Both the position numbers and the translations under genes were made by a program. A DNA stretch of 64,000 nt, from NCBI GenBank assembly GCA_015062825.1, contig SUTR01000003.1:22716-86715 (forward strand), in the 5' to 3' direction. This stretch comes from Methanosphaera stadtmanae. GTDB taxonomy: Archaea > Methanobacteriota > Methanobacteria > Methanobacteriales > Methanobacteriaceae. Positions 54,770 to 63,145 of this stretch are shown piece by piece. Under the pieces are notes generated by a model, which saw nothing but the letters and a program-made list of their open reading frames with translations, ran no database searches and was not told where the DNA came from. Position 1 is the stretch's first letter, and every line of letters starts with the position of its first letter.

Positions 54770-55720
54770 TTGAAGATAATGATAACAGGTGGAGCAGGTT
54801 TTATAGGATCAAACTTTGTTCATTACATAGCACAGAAATATCCTGATTATGAAATAACAGTACTTGATAAACTTACTTATGCAGGAGATATGACTAATTT
54901 AGAAGGATTAGATATAAACTTTATAAAAGGAGACATTGCTAGTGTTGACGATGCATCACTTGCCATGAAGGATGCAGATATGGTAGTTAACTTTGCTGCT
55001 GAAACACACGTTGACAAATCAATAACTGATCCTGCATCATTTGTCAAATCAGATGTGCTTGGAACGCAGAATCTACTTGAATTAGTACGTAAATATGATA
55101 TCGAACGATATATTCAAATATCTACAGATGAAGTATACGGCAGCATAATGGAAGGATCATTCAAGGAAACCGACAACATAGACCCATCAAGTCCATATTC
55201 TGCAAGTAAGGCAGGTGGCGACCTACTAGTCAATGCATATTACAAGACATACGATATACCCGTTATAATTACAAGAAGCAGCAACAACTTCGGACCAAGA
55301 CAATTTCCAGAAAAACTCATACCATTATTTATCCTAAAAGCATTACACGATGAAAAACTACCAGTATATGGTGATGGACAAAACGTCAGAGACTGGATAT
55401 ACGTCGAAGACAACTGTGCAGGAGTAGACACAGTACTACATAAGGGAAAACTAGGAGAAGTATACAACATTGGTGGAGGAAACGAAAAAAACAACATGGA
55501 AATCACCAAACTAATACTTGAAAAACTAGGAAAACCAGAAAGCCTAATACAACACGTAGATGACAGACTAGGACACGACCGCAGATACTCACTGGATGCA
55601 TCAAAAACCAAAAAACTCGGATGGACTCCACAATGGAAATTCGAAGATGCAATGGAAAAAACAGTGCAGTGGTACAAGGCAAACTCTGAAAGATTATACA
55701 AAGCTGTACAAACATTATAA
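54770..55720 (+). CDS. rfbB: dTDP-glucose 4,6-dehydratase
   Basis: ITGGAGFIGSN, DKLTYAG, FAAETHVD, STDEVYG, YSASK, SNNFGP, DRLGHDRRY. Confidence 0.95.
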   Translation: MKIMITGGAGFIGSNFVHYIAQKYPDYEITVLDKLTYAGDMTNLEGLDINFIKGDIASVDDASLAMKDADMVVNFAAETHVDKSITDPASFVKSDVLGTQNLLELVRKYDIERYIQISTDEVYGSIMEGSFKETDNIDPSSPYSASKAGGDLLVNAYYKTYDIPVIITRSSNNFGPRQFPEKLIPLFILKALHDEKLPVYGDGQNVRDWIYVEDNCAGVDTVLHKGKLGEVYNIGGGNEKNNMEITKLILEKLGKPESLIQHVDDRLGHDRRYSLDASKTKKLGWTPQWKFEDAMEKTVQWYKANSERLYKAVQTL

Positions 55721-55731
55721 AAAAAAATTAT

Positions 55732-55756
55732 AGGGATAAACAGATTGTTTATCCTT
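55732..55756 (+). terminator. 10-bp hairpin after rfbB
   Basis: AGGGATAAAC-AGATT-GTTTATCCTT followed by T-rich sequence. Confidence 0.6.
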
Positions 55757-55891
55757 CATTATAATCTTCTTTATTTTAAAACACATTTTTTTTAGATTTA
55801 ATTTTATTGATTATATTTTTAATATATTATATTAACATTTTATTTAGAAAAATAGAAAAGTAGGGATTGACTATCCAAAATATTAATTTAA

Positions 55892-56779
55892 TTATATATA
55901 ATTACCTCTGTTTTGTAATCTTTCCTCTTCAGGTATTTCATTTACATCTATACCTGGCATAGCAGCACCTAGATTTGTTGAAACTTCTGCGATTAATTGA
56001 GCATCTTCATAATGGGCTGTGGCATCAACTATTGCATTGGCTACCAATTCAGGATTTTCAGACTTGAATATTCCTGAACCTACAAAAACACCATCTGCTC
56101 CTAGCTGCATCATTAATGCTGCATCTGCAGGTGTTGCAATTCCTCCTGCTGAAAAGTTAACAACCGGTATTCTTCCCTCTTTTGCTGTTTCAACTAATAA
56201 ATCTCTTGGAGCATTAATCTTTCGAGATATCTGCCAGAGCTCTTCTTCGGTTTTATTTTCAATTTCTCGAATAGCTCCTTTAATGGCTCTCATATGTCTT
56301 ACTGCTTCTACTACATTTCCAGTTCCTGCCTCACCTTTAGTTCTAATCATTGCAGCTCTTTCATCAATTCTTCTTAAAGCTTCACCTAGATTTCTTGCAC
56401 CACAGACGAATGGAATTGTAAATTGTTCCTTGTCAATGTGGAAATCCTCATCAGCCATAGTTAAAACTTCACTTTCATCTATCATATCAACACCAAGTGA
56501 TTGAAGAACTTGTGCCTCTACAAAGTGTCCTATTCTAACCTTTGCCATTACTGGAATGTCAACTGCATCCATTATTTCAATAACCTTCGAAGGGTCTGCC
56601 ATTCTTGCAACTCCACCTGCTTTTCGAATATCTGACGGCACTCCTTCAAGAGCCATTACTGATACTGCTCCGGCATCTTCAGCTATTGCGGCTTGTTCAG
56701 CATTAACAACATCCATGATTACTCCGCCTTTTGTCATTTTTGCAAATCCTTCTTTTAAAACTTTTGTTCCATGTAACAT
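55892..56779 (-). CDS. pdxS: PLP synthase lyase subunit
   Basis: [40 protein letters not shown]. Confidence 0.97.
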   Translation of the reverse strand: MLHGTKVLKEGFAKMTKGGVIMDVVNAEQAAIAEDAGAVSVMALEGVPSDIRKAGGVARMADPSKVIEIMDAVDIPVMAKVRIGHFVEAQVLQSLGVDMIDESEVLTMADEDFHIDKEQFTIPFVCGARNLGEALRRIDERAAMIRTKGEAGTGNVVEAVRHMRAIKGAIREIENKTEEELWQISRKINAPRDLLVETAKEGRIPVVNFSAGGIATPADAALMMQLGADGVFVGSGIFKSENPELVANAIVDATAHYEDAQLIAEVSTNLGAAMPGIDVNEIPEEERLQNRGNYI

Positions 56780-56828
56780 CTTGTTTCTCCTTTTCATTTT
56801 TTTTTAGTGGTTATAATTATAAATTTGA

Positions 56829-57482
56829 TTATGGATTCTTATTATTTAACAAATATTTTTGTGATATTTTCGGCTTATTTAACCTAACTTTTTTTTTATA
56901 ATCTTGAATTTCCTTTATAAATAATTCATGTATATATGTATCATCTGTTAATTCTGGATGAAATGAAATACCAATGTATTGATTCTCTTTTACAGCTATT
57001 ATTTTTTGATCTAATTCTGATAATATCTTTACATTGTTTCCTATTTTTTCTACACATGGTGCTCGTATAAAGACACCATTAATTATTTTTTTGTCTAGTT
57101 CTATTTCTGATTCAAAAGAAAATTTTTGTCTGCCAAAGGCGTTTCTTTTTACTGAAATGTCCATCAAACCTAATGTGGATTGGTTCTTATTTGTATTCCT
57201 TGATAAAAGTACTAATCCTGCACAAGTTCCTAATATGGGCATGGAACTTTCAGCTATGTATTTATCAAGGCCGGTTTTTTCCAGATGCATGCCAATTGTT
57301 GAACTTTCACCTCCTGAAATAATTAATCCATCACATGGATAAACGTCTTTAAGAGTATTAACTAATGTGGTCTTGCCTTTAATTTTCATATTTTTAAATG
57401 CATTTGATGTCATGATGTCATGTTCTTCTACATCACCCTGTAAATTTAAAATTCCTATGTTTATCATTTTTTCAAAGTCCAT
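56829..57482 (-). CDS. pdxT: PLP synthase glutaminase subunit
   Basis: LQGDVEEH, SGGESST, GTCAGL, RNAFGRQ, FIRAP, FHPEL. Confidence 0.95.
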   Translation of the reverse strand: MDFEKMINIGILNLQGDVEEHDIMTSNAFKNMKIKGKTTLVNTLKDVYPCDGLIISGGESSTIGMHLEKTGLDKYIAESSMPILGTCAGLVLLSRNTNKNQSTLGLMDISVKRNAFGRQKFSFESEIELDKKIINGVFIRAPCVEKIGNNVKILSELDQKIIAVKENQYIGISFHPELTDDTYIHELFIKEIQDYKKKVRLNKPKISQKYLLNNKNP

Positions 57483-57596
57483 ATCTTATGTGTTTAGTGG
57501 TGTATGTCATGTTTATTATTAACTTAATTACAATAATGTTATCTGGATTTCGAAAATGGGGGATAGGGATGAAAAAGTAGGATGTGTTAGTTTTTT

Positions 57597-58460
57597 TTAA
57601 TAATGACTTCTTGGAGTAACTCCCAATGAGAAATCCTGTTCATGTTTTCCAGGTATTCCAAATGCATCTGCCCTACATAATGTACAAGCTCTGAATACTG
57701 GAATTATCTGTTCTACTTCGTCTCTAACTTTACTTACATCATCACAGGTGGGAAATTTATGGCCCTTGAATTTATTTAATGGTATAAGTGGTAAAATATT
57801 CATCAATGAAGCGCCTCTTTGTTTGACTTCATAGGCTATGTCAAGAATGTGTTCATCGTTAACTTCTGGAATCAGCACGGAGTTAACCTTTACTATAATT
57901 CCTGCCTGTGATAAAAGTTCAATTCCTTTAAGTTGATTATTTAGTAAAATTTCAAATCCTTCCTTGCCGTGATATAACTTTCCATGATAATGGATGTCAT
58001 CATATATCTGTATGCCTATATCCGGATCTATTGCATTGATTGTTATTGTAACTGTTTTAACTCCTGATCGGATAATATCATCAATGCAATCTGGTATTAA
58101 TAACCCATTAGTGCTCATACACAAGATCATTTCAGGAAATTCTTCTCCTACTTTTTGGAATAATTTAAATGTGTCTTCATTATATAATGAATCTCCCGGA
58201 CCTGCAACACCAACAACATTTATTGGTTGGCCATCATCTACTACGTTATGTATATGTTTAATGGCATTATCGATATCCATGATTTCAGATGCAACACCTG
58301 GCCTATCTTCTTTGTCATCTAATTTTCTGGTACAGAATCCACATTGTATGTTACATTTTGGTGCAATAGGTATGTGGATTCTTCCTACTTTGTCATGTAT
58401 TTTTTCATTAAAACATGGATGTAACTTGGTAACATGGGAAAAATTTGGATTATCAACCAT
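57597..58460 (-). CDS. nifB: Stand-alone NifB-family radical SAM protein (MarB-like)
   Basis: HPC, CNIQCGFC, EDRPG, AGPGD, TITIN, CTLCRADAFG; no NifX-like domain. Confidence 0.9.
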   Translation of the reverse strand: MVDNPNFSHVTKLHPCFNEKIHDKVGRIHIPIAPKCNIQCGFCTRKLDDKEDRPGVASEIMDIDNAIKHIHNVVDDGQPINVVGVAGPGDSLYNEDTFKLFQKVGEEFPEMILCMSTNGLLIPDCIDDIIRSGVKTVTITINAIDPDIGIQIYDDIHYHGKLYHGKEGFEILLNNQLKGIELLSQAGIIVKVNSVLIPEVNDEHILDIAYEVKQRGASLMNILPLIPLNKFKGHKFPTCDDVSKVRDEVEQIIPVFRACTLCRADAFGIPGKHEQDFSLGVTPRSHY

Positions 58461-58511
58461 ATTTATCACTCCTTATTAATATGGGTGGTGAAAGTGGGAA
58501 TAAAAAATTAT

Positions 58512-59390
58512 CTATATTCCAGAACCTTCACTTTGAATGTTATCTCGTTCAATTTTTTCATTCAACAGTAACTTGTTAATCCATACAGAAGCCCATTCGG
58601 ATAGATCATCCCCATAGAATGGTTTTGGTTTTAGTTTCTTTTCATTGTCAATTACATTGCGAGCTAACTGACGATATACTTCTGCTTGTTCTGAGTCTGG
58701 TGCTCCTTCAATTGTTGTTACTCCATCAAGTTCACAACGTGTAACTGTAGGGGAACGTGGTACGAAGCTTATGACTTCAGTATCTGTCTTTTGGGTAAAG
58801 TCATTTATCATATCTTCCTGTGTTGAATTTTTTATGGAATTTCCTATTACTCCTCCAAGAAGTGCTCCACCCTTGTTGGAATACTTTAATATTCCTTTGA
58901 ATAGGTTATTGGCTGCATAAATTGCCATGTAATCCGATGAAGTTACGGTATATACCTGTTGGGCTACACCTTTTCTAATAGGCATTGCAAATCCACCACA
59001 TACTACATCACCAAGTACGTCATATATGATGATGTCTGGATTGTAGTCATCGATTATGCCGTTGGAATCCAATAATTCTATTGCAGCTATTATTCCACGA
59101 CCTGCACAGCCTACTCCCGGTTCAGGTCCGCCTGCTTCGATACAATGTATGCCATTATATCCTTCATATACTATATTATCAAGATTTCCTGTTTTGTTTC
59201 TGATTGTGTCAAGAACTGTAGGGATTGTTTTACCCTTTCTTAGTGTTGTTGTTGAATCGTTTTTAGGATCACATCCTACCTGCATTACATTATAACCCAA
59301 ATCTGATAATGCTGCGGATAAATTTGATGTTGTAGTAGATTTTCCTATACCTCCCTTTCCATATATTGCTATTTGTTTTGGTTTACTCAC
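58512..59390 (-). CDS. Nitrogenase-like Fe protein (group IV, MarH-like)
   Basis: [25 protein letters not shown]; [30 protein letters not shown] matches MarH as remembered; GTG start with AGGTGA RBS. Confidence 0.88.
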   Translation of the reverse strand: MSKPKQIAIYGKGGIGKSTTTSNLSAALSDLGYNVMQVGCDPKNDSTTTLRKGKTIPTVLDTIRNKTGNLDNIVYEGYNGIHCIEAGGPEPGVGCAGRGIIAAIELLDSNGIIDDYNPDIIIYDVLGDVVCGGFAMPIRKGVAQQVYTVTSSDYMAIYAANNLFKGILKYSNKGGALLGGVIGNSIKNSTQEDMINDFTQKTDTEVISFVPRSPTVTRCELDGVTTIEGAPDSEQAEVYRQLARNVIDNEKKLKPKPFYGDDLSEWASVWINKLLLNEKIERDNIQSEGSGI

Positions 59391-59417
59391 TTTTTCACCT
59401 TCCTTTCATTTAATTAA

Positions 59418-60800
59418 TTATAATGGTCCTACGAATGTGGATACCAGATCTTCAAGTAATGTTAATCCTCCATAATATCCACCATAATGATTTACCAGTA
59501 CTGCATTTCCATATATTGGGAATGATGCGCTTACATGACATGCACCCCATTCTTCAAGTGCTGTTGGCTGTTCTAGAGAACTTGACAGTAGGAATGCAAA
59601 TGGTCTGTTGTTTAAATTATTTCTAATCTTATATGTATCTGCTTCAAAGATTATGTCTGGTTTAATTGTTGATTCCAATGAATTATTTATTTCATCAATG
59701 ATTTTCTGTCTTACTTCCAGTGGTGGATTGTCTGTTATTTGAACAATATCTGGAAGATAACCAATTTCATTAGTCAGGAATTTTGTATAGCTTATAGCAT
59801 ATGCTGTATCAGCTACAACTGCAAAATACTGGTTTGGTCTACATAATATTAATGCATCTCCAGGATATTCTGCAAATCTATAAAACCATTCTTCCTTTTC
59901 TGTTATAAAATCATTCACGATATCTTTGTTAATGTTTAACTTTTCAGCAACTCTATATAATAGGGATGATGTTTGTTTTGCTCCAACAGGAACACCTGGG
60001 AATGTGATGAAGGGTGTTCCAAATTTTTCTTTTAATTTTTCGGCTGCTCTTACTCCAATCCATGGATTTAAAACTATGTTATATTCAGCTTTAGGTATGT
60101 TTTTAATATTTTCCAATCCGTCACCATCACCAAATATTACATTTGCCTTAATTCCAATAGATGCAAATAATTTCTTCAATTCATACAGATCTCCTTTCCA
60201 GAAAACATGATTATAAGGAACTACTCCAAATATATTCACAGTACCTTTTTCAATTTCCTGTGTTTCTAATAAGTTACTGTCTATAACGGCATCCCAGAAT
60301 AAATTATGTCCTTCAAGTGAATGAGCTTTAAATCCAGGAGCATTTACATGTATTATTGGATGTTCATCTTCATAATATTCAACTATACTGTCAACATCAT
60401 CACCGATAAGTGATGGTACACATCCTGATATAACTACATAAAAGTTGCTGTTAAACAGTTGTATTGTGGAGTCAACCAGATTATTTAATTTATCTTCTCC
60501 TCCAAGTATTACATGTTCTTCTACTAGACATGAACAAGGAGTTGCAGTTCCTCCTTCATTTACTCCACATGATTCTCCACCGGCATATAGTGTTCCAAAT
60601 AGATTTCCCACTCCACATCCTGCTCCGGAGTGTAATATTGGCACAGCATTTTTCAATCCCAGTACTGTTGCATATACTCCAGCTAATGCACATCCATATC
60701 GTGGTGCTTCTACAGAATTTTGTTCTAGATTATCTACATTTGATTCAATGGTAGGTTGATTGAAAAACTCTTTTTGTATTTTTTCATAATTTTCTGACAT
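59418..60800 (-). CDS. Nitrogenase-like component 1 beta subunit (NifK/MarK-like)
   Basis: PRYGC, HSGAGC, SGCVPSLIGDD P-cluster cysteines; GGEDKL; start at ATG 60800 behind an AGGTGA RBS that overlaps the D stop. Confidence 0.88.
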   Translation of the reverse strand: MSENYEKIQKEFFNQPTIESNVDNLEQNSVEAPRYGCALAGVYATVLGLKNAVPILHSGAGCGVGNLFGTLYAGGESCGVNEGGTATPCSCLVEEHVILGGEDKLNNLVDSTIQLFNSNFYVVISGCVPSLIGDDVDSIVEYYEDEHPIIHVNAPGFKAHSLEGHNLFWDAVIDSNLLETQEIEKGTVNIFGVVPYNHVFWKGDLYELKKLFASIGIKANVIFGDGDGLENIKNIPKAEYNIVLNPWIGVRAAEKLKEKFGTPFITFPGVPVGAKQTSSLLYRVAEKLNINKDIVNDFITEKEEWFYRFAEYPGDALILCRPNQYFAVVADTAYAISYTKFLTNEIGYLPDIVQITDNPPLEVRQKIIDEINNSLESTIKPDIIFEADTYKIRNNLNNRPFAFLLSSSLEQPTALEEWGACHVSASFPIYGNAVLVNHYGGYYGGLTLLEDLVSTFVGPL

Positions 60801-60809
60801 ATCTATCAC

Positions 60810-62477
60810 CTACTTTGAAAGAGCATAATCATCATCTAGTTCTTTATCTAGGAAATACAATGGATCTTCTTGTTCGTACCACCAATCCTTGTAAGCGGGC
60901 TTGGTTTTCTCAGATAAAGTTTTTTGATATGCTTTGTTTTGGAATGCTCTTAATAAAAATTCTCCGAATGCCACTGCTCCTGAATAACCTGATTGTGCAC
61001 TTTCAGGTGCAGGGTCTCCTCTTAATGAATGTATTCTTGTAACTTGAGTATCACGTTTCCAGCTTCCTCCCTGGAATGGACATGTTAATGTTAGGTCTGG
61101 TTTTAATGATGCCGTTACATTTGCTTGTTCGGCTGCTTGGAATGTATTAACCATTAAATTAAAGTCTCCATTTCTTTCTATGATATCTGCCAGTTCATCT
61201 ATGATCAGTTCATCAAAATCTTGTGCCATTGCAGCAGGTGTATCTAATCCCAATTCATCAAAGTATGGCATTTGGGATACTAATCTTCCCTGTCCTAATG
61301 CTCCTAATACCTGTAATTTTTCACCATTCTTACGGGTATTGGATATGTTGATGAATTCATTTCGGATTGAATTTAATTTTGGTTCCCATTTGGCTCTTTC
61401 TTCTTTAATTAATTCTTCTACTTCCTCTTCTTTTCCTGTGTATTTACCAATTTCTCTTAACCATCCATCAGTATTTTCAAATCCTGTTGGTGTTGGATAT
61501 AAGAAGTAAGGTACGCCAAATTTTTCTTCTAATCCTCTGGATAAATAATCGGTATATGTTGGACATATTGGTGCTGTTACTGCTGCTTCAGATAACTTTT
61601 CAAATTGTTCTACCGTGGCAAATTCGGGTATGAAATTTACTTTTAAGCCTATTTTTCCAAGTAATCTTTCTATTTCTAGTCTGTCCTGCCATGTGTATGA
61701 TAACATACTTGCTACATTCACAAGATCTTTTTGTTTTTTCTCAGGTTTTTTTACAAGATATTTAAGTACTGCATGCCAAAATGCATCGTATCCAGTTTGA
61801 ACGAGTCTACTTCGTATACCTTCACAATGTACTGGTACGATTGTTGCATCTATTTCTGGCTGTATATCATCTACTACTCCTTCTATATCCTCTCCTATAA
61901 TTCCTGTTGTACATGATGTAAGAATGAATATTGCTTTAGGATTGTATCTTTCCTGTGCTTCAATTATTGTATCTCTTAATTTTTCACCAGCACCATATAC
62001 CACATCATCTTGTTGTAAGTTTGTTGTCATCCAATTCAACTTATATTCTGCTGGTCTTCCCAAAGCTTCCGGAACTCCTCTGAACAATTCTCTGTAACCT
62101 AATGCTGATGAAGAACATCCTACTGGTGCATTGAATATCACTACTGCATCTCTTATGGTACTTACACGTACTGCTAAATAGAAGTTTAATACACAGCCAC
62201 CTGATTGTTGAAATCTTCTTTCATCCATTGTTACATTTTGATTTACAGCATCCTTTAGTAAATCTGATGCTTTACCATAGTAGATATTTGTTCCATGTGC
62301 TCTCTGCTCACGATTGGGGCTTGTAATTTTATCCAAATCTATTGGCTGAGCTTCGGGTTTATTATCAAGATCTACTCCTAATATTTGTTTAATTTTTTTT
62401 CTTTTACATGAGCCTATTTTGAATGTGCCATGTTCTTTGTGATTACATTGATTATTATGATTTCCTTTTGGATTCAT
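60810..62477 (-). CDS. Nitrogenase-like component 1 alpha subunit (NifD/MarD-like)
   Basis: QQSGGC, PVGC, TSCTTGIIGED, HCEG, PICPTY, RIHSL; REQR..GKASDL N-terminal motif; AAGGAG RBS. Confidence 0.9.
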   Translation of the reverse strand: MNPKGNHNNQCNHKEHGTFKIGSCKRKKIKQILGVDLDNKPEAQPIDLDKITSPNREQRAHGTNIYYGKASDLLKDAVNQNVTMDERRFQQSGGCVLNFYLAVRVSTIRDAVVIFNAPVGCSSSALGYRELFRGVPEALGRPAEYKLNWMTTNLQQDDVVYGAGEKLRDTIIEAQERYNPKAIFILTSCTTGIIGEDIEGVVDDIQPEIDATIVPVHCEGIRSRLVQTGYDAFWHAVLKYLVKKPEKKQKDLVNVASMLSYTWQDRLEIERLLGKIGLKVNFIPEFATVEQFEKLSEAAVTAPICPTYTDYLSRGLEEKFGVPYFLYPTPTGFENTDGWLREIGKYTGKEEEVEELIKEERAKWEPKLNSIRNEFINISNTRKNGEKLQVLGALGQGRLVSQMPYFDELGLDTPAAMAQDFDELIIDELADIIERNGDFNLMVNTFQAAEQANVTASLKPDLTLTCPFQGGSWKRDTQVTRIHSLRGDPAPESAQSGYSGAVAFGEFLLRAFQNKAYQKTLSEKTKPAYKDWWYEQEDPLYFLDKELDDDYALSK

Positions 62478-62771
62478 ATTTCTAACTCCTTATTAAATGT
62501 AAGTTTTTAACTTTTATTGATTATGAATTAATCTTATGGAAAGTTTTAAGGAATGAAATCTTTTTTCCAATAAAAACATAATATTTGAATATATTTAACA
62601 CTTTAAAGAATATGCAAGTTATATAATAATGTTTAATGAGTAAATGAAATATTATTTTTAAGCGAACTTTTTTTGTAATCAAATTATGATATCTTTTAGA
62701 ATATTAAATATATCAGTATCATGTTTTAAATTACTGTAATTCTAACGTTTTGTTAGATATAATAACCTATG

Positions 62772-62804
62772 TGTCAAAGGCTGTCAAAAATAGTATTTAT
62801 ATAA
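62772..62804 (-). promoter_or_regulatory. Candidate D-K-H-B promoter: TATA box plus TGTCAAA direct repeat
   Basis: Minus-strand TTATATAAA at about 62796-804; TGTCAAA at 62772-78 and 62782-88 (10-bp period). Confidence 0.35.
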
Positions 62805-62937
62805 GATCGCTTTATGAGGGTAAAACGGTTTTAATTTACAAAGTAATTAACAAATTTTAGCAATTTTTTTTACTTAAACTTATTAAGATACTATGACAGA
62901 GTTTACGAAAATTTACTTTTCCATTAATTTCCATATA

Positions 62938-62996
62938 AGATAACAATTGTTATATAACATTGTTATCTAGGTATACTATTAATCAAAGGTAGTATA
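62938..62996. promoter_or_regulatory. Tandem palindromes ATAACA-N(2/1)-TGTTAT around a TTATATAA box, plus a TATACTA/TAGTATA inverted repeat
   Basis: ATAACAATTGTTAT 62940-53 (perfect), ATAACATTGTTAT 62954-66, inverted repeat arms at 62972-78 and 62990-96. Confidence 0.5.
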
Positions 62997-63145
62997 TAAA
63001 TGTTCCCCTTATAAGTCTTTTTTTTATTAAGCACGCTTTTCCGTTAACTTAATATATTATGAAAATTCAAATATGAAAAATAATCGGGAAATAGGAAAAA
63101 CAGTTAATATAAAAAAAACTAATAAATTATTTTTAAATGATTAAA

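Noticed and set aside
56829-56905. Basic C-terminal tail on PdxT as a functional domain
   Set aside because: Short low-complexity A-rich extension, most simply a drifted stop codon
57597-62477. Calling the cluster a bona fide nitrogen-fixation (nif) operon
   Set aside because: No nifE/N/I in the window, non-nif gene order, His195/Gln191 equivalents replaced, and H resembles group IV proteins
62555-62568. NrpR operator upstream of the D gene
   Set aside because: One mismatch (GAAA-N6-TTCC), single copy; expected by chance in AT-rich DNA
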